From positions 1,162,102-1,226,101 of the forward strand of contig CBDAUF010000001.1 in the NCBI GenBank assembly GCA_965200535.1: DNA of 64,000 nt, in the 5' to 3' direction. Below the pieces are notes generated by a model that was not told the DNA's origin, did no database searches, and worked only from the letters and a program-made list of their open reading frames with translations. Position numbers and translations under genes: made by a program. Shown piece by piece: positions 29,100 to 38,868 of this stretch (positions are counted from its first letter, which is position 1; every line of letters begins with the position of its first letter). The stretch is from Alphaproteobacteria bacterium. GTDB lineage: Bacteria > Pseudomonadota > Alphaproteobacteria > MPNO01.

Positions 29100-29954
29100 G
29101 TGCAGACCATGATGCAGACCGAACCGCCGCGAGGCTGGCCGGAGGATCGGCCGCTCGCGGTCTCCTTCCATGTCATGTGCGAGGCCTGGACCGACGAGTC
29201 CGCGCCGGGTGTCGGGCCGATGGGCAACCCGATCCGGGCCGGCACGCTCGACACCCAGGCGCAGTCCTGGGCGCGCTACGGCATGACCGCCGGCGCGTGG
29301 CGGCTGCTCGATATCGTCGCCGGAGCCGGGATCCCGTGCACGACCTACGCGAGCGGCATCATCGCCGAGCGGTGGCCGGAACTGCTGCGGCGCATCGATT
29401 CCGACGGCCACGCCGTCGGCGCCCATGCGTGGGCCCAGAACCTGCTCCCGGTCTATCAGGACCGCGCCGCCGAGGAGCGCGACCTGGTGCGCGGGATCGA
29501 GGCGTTCGAGGCGTGCATCGGCAAGCGGCCGCGAGGGTTCATCAGCCCGCGCGGAACCCCCAGCGCGAGCACCGCCGAACTGCTCGCCAAGCACCGGTTC
29601 CGCTGGACCGCCGACGTGTTCGACACCGACCTGCCCTATCTGACACAAACGCCGCAAGGGGCGCTTGCCTGCGTCCCGTTCACGATGGAGGTCAACGACC
29701 TGCCGATCACCATGCGCTACGGGCACGAGCCGGAGGCCTTCACGCGGACGCTCGCCCGCATTCTCGACGGGTGGCAGGATATCGGCAGCCCGTTCGCCAC
29801 GCTCGATGTGACGGCGCATGCCCACGTGTTCGGCCGCCCGGCCGGCGCGGTCGAATTCAAGGCCGCGATCGACATGGTGAAGCGCCGCGACCGGGTCTGG
29901 ATCACGACCCACGACCGCCTGGCCGAACTGGTTTACCCGGGCAAACGCGGCTAG
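29100..29954 (+). CDS. polysaccharide deacetylase-family protein (PuuE allantoinase-like)
   Basis: NodB-homology domain, length ~280 aa. Assignment to the PuuE subfamily is an inference from context. Confidence 0.65.
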   Translation: MQTMMQTEPPRGWPEDRPLAVSFHVMCEAWTDESAPGVGPMGNPIRAGTLDTQAQSWARYGMTAGAWRLLDIVAGAGIPCTTYASGIIAERWPELLRRIDSDGHAVGAHAWAQNLLPVYQDRAAEERDLVRGIEAFEACIGKRPRGFISPRGTPSASTAELLAKHRFRWTADVFDTDLPYLTQTPQGALACVPFTMEVNDLPITMRYGHEPEAFTRTLARILDGWQDIGSPFATLDVTAHAHVFGRPAGAVEFKAAIDMVKRRDRVWITTHDRLAELVYPGKRG

Positions 29955-29972
29955 CGGGCCCCGCGCCTTCCG

Positions 29973-30848
29973 GTGCACGACAACAAAGATAAACCGGCAT
30001 ACCTGTTTCCCTGGCGGGTGAACGCGGCGATCGGCGCCGCCGGCTACGGCTTTATCGCGCACGTTTTTCCGGGCGTGGCCGACAGTCTGGAACTGTTCGA
30101 CGCGCCGATCCAGACCGTCCTCAATACCCACTCCGACCTGTTCGGCCTGGTGTTTGCCGGGGTGTTCGCGGTTGCCGCCGTCGCTTCCCTATTCGAGCAC
30201 CGGCGCCGGAGGCGTTTGCCGGGCCGCCGCGGTCGCCGGACCATCGGAACGCGGCTGTGGCAGCGGCGGCGCGGGAGACGGCGAACAGCCAACACCCCAA
30301 AACCGGGAAAAATATCCGCCCCGCCGCGCGCTGGAGGGGCTCAGACCGGTGCCGGACTCGGCACCCTCCGCGGGCGCGGATACGCGACGGACGGCGACGG
30401 TCTCAGGATCCACGGGCAGGACATTCGTCTCGCGGCCCTCGATGCGCCGGAGCACAAACAGCCAGCATTGACCTGCGAGGGGCGGTGGATCGATCACGGC
30501 AGGCACGTGAAGTCGAGGCTGATCGAGAGGATCAAAGGCCGGATGCTGGAGGTTCGCGTTGTCGATCGGGACAAGTACGGCCGTCTGGTCGGATTCGTGA
30601 CCGACGACCGCGGAGACGACGTGAACGAGTGGCTGGTCCGCGAAGGGCTGGCCATCGCTGCATACCGCGTCGAGTACTTCCGGGCGGAGGCGCACGCCAG
30701 GGCACGCGGGCTGGGCATGTGGGGAATGCGCGAGGCCTACGATCCGCGAGGGTGGAGACGCGGCCAACGTATCCCGGTCCACAATATGCGGACGCATCCC
30801 GCCGGCGGATCGGCGGGGCCGAACCGCAAGGCCCGTCCGTTCCGATAG
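29973..30848 (+). CDS. membrane-anchored thermonuclease (SNase-like) family protein with Arg-rich linker
   Basis: N-terminal TM segments, then RRRRRLPGRRGRR… and a C-terminal SNase-like motif (IRLAALDAPE…DKYGRLVGFV). Confidence 0.55.
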   Translation: MHDNKDKPAYLFPWRVNAAIGAAGYGFIAHVFPGVADSLELFDAPIQTVLNTHSDLFGLVFAGVFAVAAVASLFEHRRRRRLPGRRGRRTIGTRLWQRRRGRRRTANTPKPGKISAPPRAGGAQTGAGLGTLRGRGYATDGDGLRIHGQDIRLAALDAPEHKQPALTCEGRWIDHGRHVKSRLIERIKGRMLEVRVVDRDKYGRLVGFVTDDRGDDVNEWLVREGLAIAAYRVEYFRAEAHARARGLGMWGMREAYDPRGWRRGQRIPVHNMRTHPAGGSAGPNRKARPFR

Positions 30849-30880
30849 CGGTGCGGCAGGGCGGGAAAGAACGTCCGCCC

Positions 30881-33166
30881 CTAACGCGCCGCCTCCCGGA
30901 TCGCCTTCAGCACCTTCGGCGGCGACATCGGCTGTTCGCGGAGGCGGATGCCGATGGCGTCGTGGATGGCGTTCGAGATCGCCGCGATCGGCGGGATGAT
31001 GGGGACCTCGCCGATGCCGCGCACCCCGTAGGGGTGGTTGGGGTTCGGCACCTCGACGATCTCGGTGCCGATGAACGGCACGTCGGAGGCAACCGGCACC
31101 CGGTAGTCGAGGAAACCCGGGTTCTCCAGCGTGCCGGCTTCGCTGTAGATGTACTCCTCGTTGAGCGCCCAGCCGATCCCCTGCACGGCGCCGCCCTGGA
31201 ACTGGCCCTCGACATAGGCCGGGTGGATCGCCTTGCCGGTGTCCTGAATCACCGTGTAGCGGAGAATCTTCACCAGGCCGGTCTTGCGGTCGACCTCGAC
31301 ATCGACGATGTGCGTGCCGAACCCCGGCCCCGCGCCCTGCGCGTTGATCTCCGCATGGCCGGCGATCGGGCCGCCGGTCTTGCCCGCCATGCGGGCGATC
31401 TGCGCGATCGACAGCGGCTCGAAATCGCCGACGTTGGAACTCGCCGGCCGCGCGTGGCCGTCCTCCCACACGACGCCCTCGACCGGCACCTCCCAGACCT
31501 GGGCGGCGCGCTCGCGCATGACGTCGATGGCCTTGCGCGCCGCCACGGTGACCGCCATGCCGCTGGCGAAGGTGCCGCGGCTGCCGGCGGTGACGAAGTT
31601 GAAGCCGAGCGCCTGGGTGTCGCCGATCTGCGGGCGCACCTTGTCGACATCGATGCCGAGCTCCTCGGCGACCATCATCGCCATCGCCGCGCGCGACCCG
31701 CCGGCGACGTCGATGGTGCCGAGGATCACGGCGACGCTGCCGTCCTCGTTGACGTTGAGCGTGGTCGTGGTCTCGTTGCCGATATTGAACCAGAACCCGG
31801 TGGCGATACCGCGCCCCTGGTCGGGGCCGAGCGGCTCCTTGAGATGCGGATGCGCCTGCGCGCGCTTCAGCGTCGCCTCGTAGCCGATCGGCCCGAAGGT
31901 CGGCCCGTAATAGGTCTCGGTGCCCTCCGCCGCGGCGTTGCGGAGGCGCAGGTCGATGGGATCGATATCGAGTTCGATCGCCATCTCGTCGAGGATGCTC
32001 TCGACGCCGAAGATCGAGATCGGCGCCCCGGGCGCCCGGTAGGCGGCGACCTTGGGCCGGTTCACGGTGATGTCGTTGCCGACCACCCTGACATTGTCGA
32101 GGTTGTAGCGGGTAAAGGTGCACATCGACGCCATCGGCACCGACGAGCCGGCGAACGCGCCCGCCTGGAAGTCGAGCTGCGCCTCCGCCGCGGTGATGCG
32201 GCCGTCGCTGCAGCAGCCGATCTTGATCCGGGTGTGCGCCCCCGAGGTCGGGCCGGTGGCCCGGAACACGTCCTCCCGGCTCATCGTCATCTTCACCGGG
32301 CGGTTGGATTTCTTCGACAGGACGATGGCGAGCGGTTCGAGATAGACGTTGTTCTTGCCGCCGAACCCGCCGCCGAGTTCGGTCGGGATCACGCGGATCT
32401 TCGAGATGTCCATCTGCAGCAGCTTGGCGCACTGTGCGCGGATGACGAAATGGCCCTGGGTTGCGGTATAGAGCTCGACCTGGCCGTCCTCGGTGTAACT
32501 GGCGATCGAGGCCTGCGGCTCGATATAGCCCTGGTGAACCGGCTTGGTGTCGAACTCGCGCTCGATCACCAGGTCCGCCTCGGCAAACCCCTTCTCCACA
32601 TCGCCCTTCGAGAAGCGCACTACCTTGGCAAGGTTCGACGGCCTTTCCGGCGCCGGTTCGACGCCCGCGGTGAACTGTTCCTCGTGCAGCAGCGGCGCGT
32701 CGTCGGCCATCGCCGCCACCGGATCGATCACATGCGGCAGCACCTCGTAGTCGACCTCGATCAGCTTCACCGCGCGGCGCGCGATCGAGTCCGTGGTCGC
32801 GGCGACGGCGGCGACCGGATGGCCGTCGTAGAGCGCCTTCTCGCGCGCCATCATGTTCCTGGTCACGTCGCGGAAATTGACGATCAACTCGCCGGCGGCG
32901 GCGTACTCCACCGGCATTTCGGGGAAATCGTCGCGGGTGACGACGGCCTTGACCCCGGGCAGCGCCAGCGCCTTGTCGGTGCGTACGGCGAGCACCCGCG
33001 CATGGGCGTGCGGGCTGCGCAGCACGCGCCCGTACAACTGGCCCGGCAGGTTGATGTCGGCGCCGTAGCGCGCCCGGCCGGTGACCTTGTCGACCCCGTC
33101 CGGGCGGATCGGCCGCGTACCGACGACCTTGAGATCCTTGTCCTCGTACTTGAGCATCGTCGCCAT
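30881..33166 (-). CDS. molybdopterin-dependent hydroxylase large (MoCo) subunit, XDH/aldehyde oxidase/CoxL family
   Basis: 761 aa from ATG 33166 (GAGGAA RBS). Ald_Xan_dh_C/C2 domains. The N-terminal 210 aa of the track ORF are artefact. Confidence 0.85.
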   Translation of the reverse strand: MATMLKYEDKDLKVVGTRPIRPDGVDKVTGRARYGADINLPGQLYGRVLRSPHAHARVLAVRTDKALALPGVKAVVTRDDFPEMPVEYAAAGELIVNFRDVTRNMMAREKALYDGHPVAAVAATTDSIARRAVKLIEVDYEVLPHVIDPVAAMADDAPLLHEEQFTAGVEPAPERPSNLAKVVRFSKGDVEKGFAEADLVIEREFDTKPVHQGYIEPQASIASYTEDGQVELYTATQGHFVIRAQCAKLLQMDISKIRVIPTELGGGFGGKNNVYLEPLAIVLSKKSNRPVKMTMSREDVFRATGPTSGAHTRIKIGCCSDGRITAAEAQLDFQAGAFAGSSVPMASMCTFTRYNLDNVRVVGNDITVNRPKVAAYRAPGAPISIFGVESILDEMAIELDIDPIDLRLRNAAAEGTETYYGPTFGPIGYEATLKRAQAHPHLKEPLGPDQGRGIATGFWFNIGNETTTTLNVNEDGSVAVILGTIDVAGGSRAAMAMMVAEELGIDVDKVRPQIGDTQALGFNFVTAGSRGTFASGMAVTVAARKAIDVMRERAAQVWEVPVEGVVWEDGHARPASSNVGDFEPLSIAQIARMAGKTGGPIAGHAEINAQGAGPGFGTHIVDVEVDRKTGLVKILRYTVIQDTGKAIHPAYVEGQFQGGAVQGIGWALNEEYIYSEAGTLENPGFLDYRVPVASDVPFIGTEIVEVPNPNHPYGVRGIGEVPIIPPIAAISNAIHDAIGIRLREQPMSPPKVLKAIREAAR

Positions 33167-33168
33167 GG

Positions 33169-33645
33169 TCAGGTTCCTCTCATCTCGCGCGCCGCATCGT
33201 CCACCGCCTCGACGATCTTGTGATAGCCGGTGCAGCGGCAGAGATTGCCGGCGAGCCAGTAGCGGATTTCGGTCTCGCTGGGATCGGGGTTGCGCTCCAG
33301 CAGCGCCCGCGCGGCGATCAGCAGGCCGGGCGTACAGATGCCGCACTGGAGGGCCGCATGTTCGAGGAACTTGCGCTGGAGCGGGTGCAGGTCTTCCCCG
33401 TCCGCCATGCCCTCGATGGTCTCGATCCGCTTGCCCGCGGCCTCGACCCCCAGCATCAGGCAGGAGCACACCAGACGGCCGTCGACGGTGACCGAGCACG
33501 CGCCGCAGTCGCCGGTGCCGCAGCCCTCCTTGGTCCCGGTCATCACCAGTTCGTCGCGCAGCGCCGACAGCAGCGTCTGGTCGGCCTCGCACAGGAAGTC
33601 GATCTCGTCGCCGTTGATCGTCGCCGTTACGTGATAGCGCGCCAT
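33169..33645 (-). CDS. [2Fe-2S] small subunit of the molybdenum hydroxylase (CoxS/XdhC-type)
   Basis: CGTGDCGACSV and CGICTPG cysteine motifs. ATG at 33645. Confidence 0.85.
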   Translation of the reverse strand: MARYHVTATINGDEIDFLCEADQTLLSALRDELVMTGTKEGCGTGDCGACSVTVDGRLVCSCLMLGVEAAGKRIETIEGMADGEDLHPLQRKFLEHAALQCGICTPGLLIAARALLERNPDPSETEIRYWLAGNLCRCTGYHKIVEAVDDAAREMRGT

Positions 33646-34505
33646 CACCTTTTCTCCGCCCGTTCGAGGGCGATCCGGGCGGCCCGTTCGGCGAGCACGC
33701 CCGCGACCTCGATCCTGAATTCGCGGGTCCCCCGCTTGTCGTCGATCGGCCGGCAGGCCGCAGACGCCGCCTGCGACAGGTCGGCCAGCGCCGCATCGTC
33801 CACCGCCCGCCCGACCAGCGCGGCGGCGGCCTCGTCCACCAGCAGCGGCCGTTCCGCGACGGCGCCGAGCGACACCCGTGCCGCTGTGCAGACCCCTTCC
33901 CCGTCCAGGGTCAGGTTGATGCCGACCCCGACGACGGCGATGTCCATCTCGGTCCGCGGCGTAAAGCGGAGATAGGCGTCCCCCGAGCGCGGCGGGCGTT
34001 CCGGCAGGTCGAAAGAGACCACGAGCTCGCCGGGCTCCAGGGATGTCCTGCCCGGGCCGACCGCGATGTCCTCGACCGGGACGGCGCGCCGCCCGCCGGG
34101 GCCGGCGACCGCGGCCACCGCGCCGGCCGCGATCAGCGCCGGCACACTGTCCGCCGCCGGCGAGGCATTGCACAGGTTGCCGCCGAGCGTGGCGCGGCCG
34201 CGCACCTGGATCGAGCCGATCAGCTTCGCGCCATCGACGATCCCGGGCCATGCCGCGTTGAAGCCCGCGTGCTCCATGATTTCCATGCCGGTGACCGCCG
34301 CCCCGAGGCGAAACCGGCCGTTCTCCGCGGCGATCTCGCGCATCTCGGCGATGTGCTTGATATCGACCAGCACGGCGGGCTCGACCAGGTCGGCGCGCAT
34401 CTGGATCAGCAGGTCCGTCCCGCCCGCCAGGATCCGCGCGGCGTCCCCCGCCTCCGCCAGCAGCCGTGTCGCCGCGTCCAGCGACGCCGGCGTTTCGTAA
34501 CGCAT
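33645..34505 (-). CDS. FAD-binding medium subunit of the molybdenum hydroxylase (CoxM-type)
   Basis: FAD_binding_5/CO_deh_flav_C pattern. ATG at 34505. The stop shares 1 nt with the small-subunit start. Confidence 0.8.
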   Translation of the reverse strand: MRYETPASLDAATRLLAEAGDAARILAGGTDLLIQMRADLVEPAVLVDIKHIAEMREIAAENGRFRLGAAVTGMEIMEHAGFNAAWPGIVDGAKLIGSIQVRGRATLGGNLCNASPAADSVPALIAAGAVAAVAGPGGRRAVPVEDIAVGPGRTSLEPGELVVSFDLPERPPRSGDAYLRFTPRTEMDIAVVGVGINLTLDGEGVCTAARVSLGAVAERPLLVDEAAAALVGRAVDDAALADLSQAASAACRPIDDKRGTREFRIEVAGVLAERAARIALERAEKR

Positions 34506-34779
34506 CCGGTTCTGCCTCCTCGGTTGGTCCGGGCGCGCCGCTCCGGCTCCTTGCGGTGATATAGCGGTACGCGCGGGGCAAGGTAAAGCGCCGCTCTCCG
34601 GCGGATGCACGGGACGCGGCGCGGGCGCGACGGCATTGCCGCGCCAAAGGCGGCCGTTCCCGGCCGGATCGCGCCTCCTCGTCCGCATGCGGCGCGGACG
34701 AGAAGGGTTTGAAATTCATGATTGCATATTGTATGGATATTTCTACTCTAGATATACATCGAAAGGAAAGGCACTCGCA

Positions 34780-35178
34780 ATGTCGGAACCGGCTTTCATC
34801 CTCGTTGTCGCCCTGCTCACCTTCGCCGTGGTGATCGCCATCCCCGCCGTCGCGGTCTGGCGCGAGAACAGCGCCCTCACGATGGCCAGAAAGGAATTCG
34901 CTCTCTGGGTCGCGCTGGTCGTCGGACTCTCGATCGCCGCGAGCGCCCTGGAGGCGATGGTGCAAAATCCCGCGATCGACATCGCGGCGGCTGTCGGCAT
35001 GCTCTGCATCGGCTACATCTTCTACCAGCGGCTGGTCCGGCGCGCACGGCATGCCGGCATGGGCAAACGCATCGCCTATGTCGGCGTCATCCCGCCGGCC
35101 AATTTCTTTGTCGTCCTGTTCCTGCTGTTCAAGCGGGGCGCCGGCCCGGCCGATCCCGCCCCGGCGGCCGGAGGCTGA
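34780..35178 (+). CDS. small membrane protein (132 aa, 3-4 TM helices)
   Basis: ATG preceded by GAAAGGAAAGG and an AT-rich upstream segment. Hydrophobic. Confidence 0.45.
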   Translation: MSEPAFILVVALLTFAVVIAIPAVAVWRENSALTMARKEFALWVALVVGLSIAASALEAMVQNPAIDIAAAVGMLCIGYIFYQRLVRRARHAGMGKRIAYVGVIPPANFFVVLFLLFKRGAGPADPAPAAGG

Positions 35179-35199
35179 CATCGTCCCACTTCTTCCGAT

Positions 35200-35270
35200 C
35201 TTGACAAACATACGGCAAATCACGTCCCTTGTCAAGAAAAATGATCACAAACGGTAATTTTTCTTGACGG
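35200..35270. promoter_or_regulatory. inverted repeat CTTGACAA-N21-TTGTCAAG plus a third TCTTGAC copy
   Basis: Read directly. It lies in the 460-bp gap between the small membrane gene and the acyl-CoA dehydrogenase operon and may hold stacked -35-like elements or an operator. Confidence 0.3.
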
Positions 35271-35330
35271 CCGGATGGCAGGGCTTCCCCCTCCCGCCAT
35301 CCGGCGCCCCGGACGGGGGATCGGGACAGG

Positions 35331-35368
35331 GGCCTTGCACTCGACGTCAGGACGCCGAGTGCAAGGCC
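35331..35368. promoter_or_regulatory. perfect 13-bp inverted repeat GGCCTTGCACTCG-N12-CGAGTGCAAGGCC (stem-loop)
   Basis: Read directly. No T-run follows. It lies 270 nt upstream of the acyl-CoA dehydrogenase start. Confidence 0.4.
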
Positions 35369-35637
35369 CGCGGGACCCGACGGGTCACCGCTTCTCCCCC
35401 GTTCGCGGAGGAGAGACAAGCGGGAAGGACGGCGTCGCCGCAACCGTTTGCCTGCATGGCAGGCCGAACGGGAGCGAAACGTCGTCCTATCTCGTCGGAC
35501 CGTTCTGCGGAACGGTCCGGAATGCCGCTGGCGGCGGGTCGGCAAGACCGCACCGCCGGACGATACACTCCGGGGCGGCCCGTTGAGGATCGGCGCGGAG
35601 ACGGCTAGGGTCCGGCGGAACGGGAGGACCGGCGGCC

Positions 35638-36783
35638 ATGGATTTCGCCCTGTCCGAGGAGCAGATCGGCTTTCGCGAGGCGGCGCGGGCCTTCGCCGGG
35701 GGCGAGCTTGCGCCGCACGCCGCCGCGTGGGACGAGGAGTCCGTCTTTCCGGTAGACGCACTGCGCGCCGCCGCCGCGCTCGGCTTCGCCGGCCTCTATG
35801 TGCGCGAGGATGTCGGCGGCACGGCGTGCAGCCGGCTCGACGCCGCGGTGGTGCTCGAGGAACTCGCCGCAGGCTGCACCTCGACGGCGGCCTATCTCTC
35901 GATCCACAACATGGCGGCGTGGATGATCGACGCCTACGGCACCGGGGACCAGCGCCGGGCATGGCTGCCGAAGCTCAACCCGATGGAGTGGTTCGCGAGC
36001 TACTGCCTCACCGAACCCGGCGCGGGATCCGACGCCGCCGCCCTCGCCGCCCGGGCGCGCCGCGACGGCGGCACCTATGTCCTCAACGGCGCCAAGGCGT
36101 TTATCTCGGGCGCCGGCAGCGCCGATCTCTACGTCGCCATGGTGCGCACCGGCGGCGAGGGGGCGGACGGCATCTCCTGCATCGTTGTCGAGGACGGAAC
36201 CCCCGGCCTCTCCTTCGGCGAGCAGGAGAAGAAGCTGGGCTGGCATTCGCAGCCGACCGCGATGGTCTATTTCGACGATTGCCGGGTGCCCGTTTCCAAC
36301 CGCCTCGGCGCGGAGGGCGAGGGGTTCAGGATCGCCATGCGCGGGCTCGACGGCGGGCGGATCAACATCGGCGCGTGCTCCGTCGGCGGCGCGCGGGCGT
36401 GCTACGAGGCGGCGCGCGCCTATGTCGGGGAGCGCCGGCAGTTCGGCCGTGCGATCGCCGATTTCCAGGTGACGCAGTTCAAGCTGGCCGACATGGCGAC
36501 CGCGCTCGAGGCGGCGCGGCTGATGGTGTGGCGCGCCGCCGCCGCACTCGACGCCGGCGAAGCGGACGCGACGCTGCGTTGCGCGATGGCCAAGCGGGTC
36601 GCCACCGACGCCGGGTTCGAGGTCTGCAACGAGGCGCTGCAACTGCACGGCGGTTACGGCTATCTTCGCGACCACGCGGTCGAGCGCTACCTGCGCGACC
36701 TCCGCGTCCATCAGATCCTCGAAGGGACCAACGAAATCATGCGGGTCATCATCGCCCGGCGCCTTCTGGCGGGGGCTCCGTGA
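35638..36783 (+). CDS. acyl-CoA dehydrogenase (isobutyryl-CoA dehydrogenase-like)
   Basis: ACAD N/M/C domains, 381 aa. First gene of the valine-catabolism-like operon. Confidence 0.85.
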   Translation: MDFALSEEQIGFREAARAFAGGELAPHAAAWDEESVFPVDALRAAAALGFAGLYVREDVGGTACSRLDAAVVLEELAAGCTSTAAYLSIHNMAAWMIDAYGTGDQRRAWLPKLNPMEWFASYCLTEPGAGSDAAALAARARRDGGTYVLNGAKAFISGAGSADLYVAMVRTGGEGADGISCIVVEDGTPGLSFGEQEKKLGWHSQPTAMVYFDDCRVPVSNRLGAEGEGFRIAMRGLDGGRINIGACSVGGARACYEAARAYVGERRQFGRAIADFQVTQFKLADMATALEAARLMVWRAAAALDAGEADATLRCAMAKRVATDAGFEVCNEALQLHGGYGYLRDHAVERYLRDLRVHQILEGTNEIMRVIIARRLLAGAP

Positions 36784-37829
36784 CCGGCCGCATTGCATTC
36801 GCCGTGGAAGGCGCGGTCGGCAAGGTGCTGCTCAACGCGCCCGAAACCTTCAACGCGCTGACGCGCGAGATGTGCATCGCCTTCCGCGGCAAGCTGCTGG
36901 CATGGGCGGACGATCCCGCCATCGCCGCTGTCACGATCGCCGGGGCGGGCGACCGCGCGTTCTGCGCCGGCGGCGACATCCGCGCGCTCTACGACTCCTG
37001 GCGCGCCGGCGACGGCGAGACGGAAACGTTCTTCTGGCACGAATACCGGCTCGACCGCGCCGTCCACCGGTTTCCCAAACCCTGCATCGCCCTGATGGAC
37101 GGTATCGTGATGGGCGGCGGCGTCGGCGTCTCGGTTCACGGCTCGCACCGGGTGATGACCGAACGCACGATGTTCGCCATGCCGGAATGCGGCATCGGGT
37201 TGTTCCCCGATGTGGGCGCGACCGCGTTCCTGCCGCGCGCACCGGGCCATCTCGGTATGTATCTCGCCCTGACCGGCGCGCGCCTGAAGGCGGCGGACGC
37301 GATCCGCGCCCGCATGGGCACCCACTACATGCCGAGCAGCGATCTCGCGGCGTTCGAGGCAGCCCTCGCCGAAGCGGATCTGACGGCGGGCGCCGCCGCG
37401 GTCGATGCCGTCCTCGCCCGGTTCGCCGGGCCGCCGGGCCCGGTCCAGCTGCGCGAGCACGCGCCGGTGATCGACCGCTGCTTCGCGGCGCCGACGGTCT
37501 CCGGAATCGTCGATGCGCTGGATGCCGAGGACGGGTATTTCGCGATGGAAACGGCCGATGCGCTGCGCTCCAAGTCGCCGACCAGCCTGCTGGTCACCCA
37601 CCGGCAGCTTCGCGGCGGGGCGGACCTCGACTTCGACTCCGTCATGCGGCGCGAATACCGCATGGCCTGCGCCTTCCTGGCCGGGCACGACTTCTTCGAG
37701 GGAATCCGGGCGGCGGTGATCGACAAGGACCGCAAGCCGCGTTGGCGGCCCGACCGGCTCGAGGATGTCGGCGAGGAGGATATCGCGCGCTATTTCGCGC
37801 CGGCGGCGCGCGAGCTGGCGTTCGACTGA
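36780..37829 (+). CDS. 3-hydroxyisobutyryl-CoA hydrolase (enoyl-CoA hydratase/isomerase family, ECH_2)
   Basis: GTG start overlapping the ACAD stop (GTGA). HIBCH-like length and motifs. Confidence 0.8.
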   Translation: MTGRIAFAVEGAVGKVLLNAPETFNALTREMCIAFRGKLLAWADDPAIAAVTIAGAGDRAFCAGGDIRALYDSWRAGDGETETFFWHEYRLDRAVHRFPKPCIALMDGIVMGGGVGVSVHGSHRVMTERTMFAMPECGIGLFPDVGATAFLPRAPGHLGMYLALTGARLKAADAIRARMGTHYMPSSDLAAFEAALAEADLTAGAAAVDAVLARFAGPPGPVQLREHAPVIDRCFAAPTVSGIVDALDAEDGYFAMETADALRSKSPTSLLVTHRQLRGGADLDFDSVMRREYRMACAFLAGHDFFEGIRAAVIDKDRKPRWRPDRLEDVGEEDIARYFAPAARELAFD

Positions 37830-37856
37830 ACACGCCGGACCGGGCGGGGGGAAATC

Positions 37857-38744
37857 ATGGCGGAGATCGGCTTCATAGGGCTCGGCAACATGGGGCGGCC
37901 GATGGCGCGCCGGCTCGCCGCGGCCGGCCATGCGGTGCGCGGTTTCGATACCGCAGCGCCCGCGCGCGAGGCGGCCGGAGCGGCCGGGATCCCGTTGGCG
38001 GACAGCCTCGCCGCCGCCGCCGCAGACGGGGCGGAGGCCGTGTTCACCATGCTGCCGGCCGGGACCGACGTGCGCGCGGTCTATTGCGGCGCGGGCGGGC
38101 TTCTCGAGACGGCGGGCGGGGACACGCTTCTCGTCGACTGCTCGACCATCGATCTCGAGACGGCGCGCGCCGTCCATGCCGAGGCCGCGGCGGCGGGTCT
38201 CGCGATGCTCGATGCCCCGGTCTCCGGCGGGGTCGGGGGAGCGGAGGCGGGCACGCTCACCTTCATGGTCGGCGGCGGCGACGCATCGGCCGAGCGCGGC
38301 AGGCCGCTGATGACGGCGATGGGCCGCAACATCGTCCACGCCGGCGGGCCGGGCAACGGCCAGGCCGCGAAGATGTGCAACAACATGATCCTCGGCGTCT
38401 CGATGATCGCGGTGTCGGAGGCGTTCGTGCTGGCGGAACGGGTCGGGCTCGACGCCCAGACCCTGTTCGACATCGTCTCCACTGCATCCGGCCAGTGCTG
38501 GTCGCTCACCAGCTATTGCCCGGTCCCGGGGCCGGTGCCATCGTCGCCCGCCAACCGCAGCTACCAGGCCGGTTTCACCGCGGCGATGATGCTGAAGGAC
38601 CTGCGGCTTGCGCGCGGCGCGGCCGCAGCGTCGGGCGCCGGCACGCCGCTCGGCAGCCACGCGGCCAGCCTCTACGAACAGTACTGCGCCGACGGGGAGG
38701 AGGCGTCCGACTTCTCCGGCATCGTCCGGATGCTGCGCGGCTGA
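37857..38744 (+). CDS. mmsB: 3-hydroxyisobutyrate dehydrogenase
   Basis: MAEIGFIGLGNMGRPMA NAD-binding N-terminus. 6-PGDH-like fold, 295 aa. Confidence 0.8.
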   Translation: MAEIGFIGLGNMGRPMARRLAAAGHAVRGFDTAAPAREAAGAAGIPLADSLAAAAADGAEAVFTMLPAGTDVRAVYCGAGGLLETAGGDTLLVDCSTIDLETARAVHAEAAAAGLAMLDAPVSGGVGGAEAGTLTFMVGGGDASAERGRPLMTAMGRNIVHAGGPGNGQAAKMCNNMILGVSMIAVSEAFVLAERVGLDAQTLFDIVSTASGQCWSLTSYCPVPGPVPSSPANRSYQAGFTAAMMLKDLRLARGAAAASGAGTPLGSHAASLYEQYCADGEEASDFSGIVRMLRG

Positions 38745-38868
38745 TCCCGCCGGGCGGCGCCCCGGGGACGCCGGCCGCGCCGCGCGCCCGGGCATGGCCG
38801 CCCGCGGTTGACTCGGTCGGGGGCCGCTTCGATAGTCGCGCCCGGCAGGATCGGGAGCCGGGCGGGGT

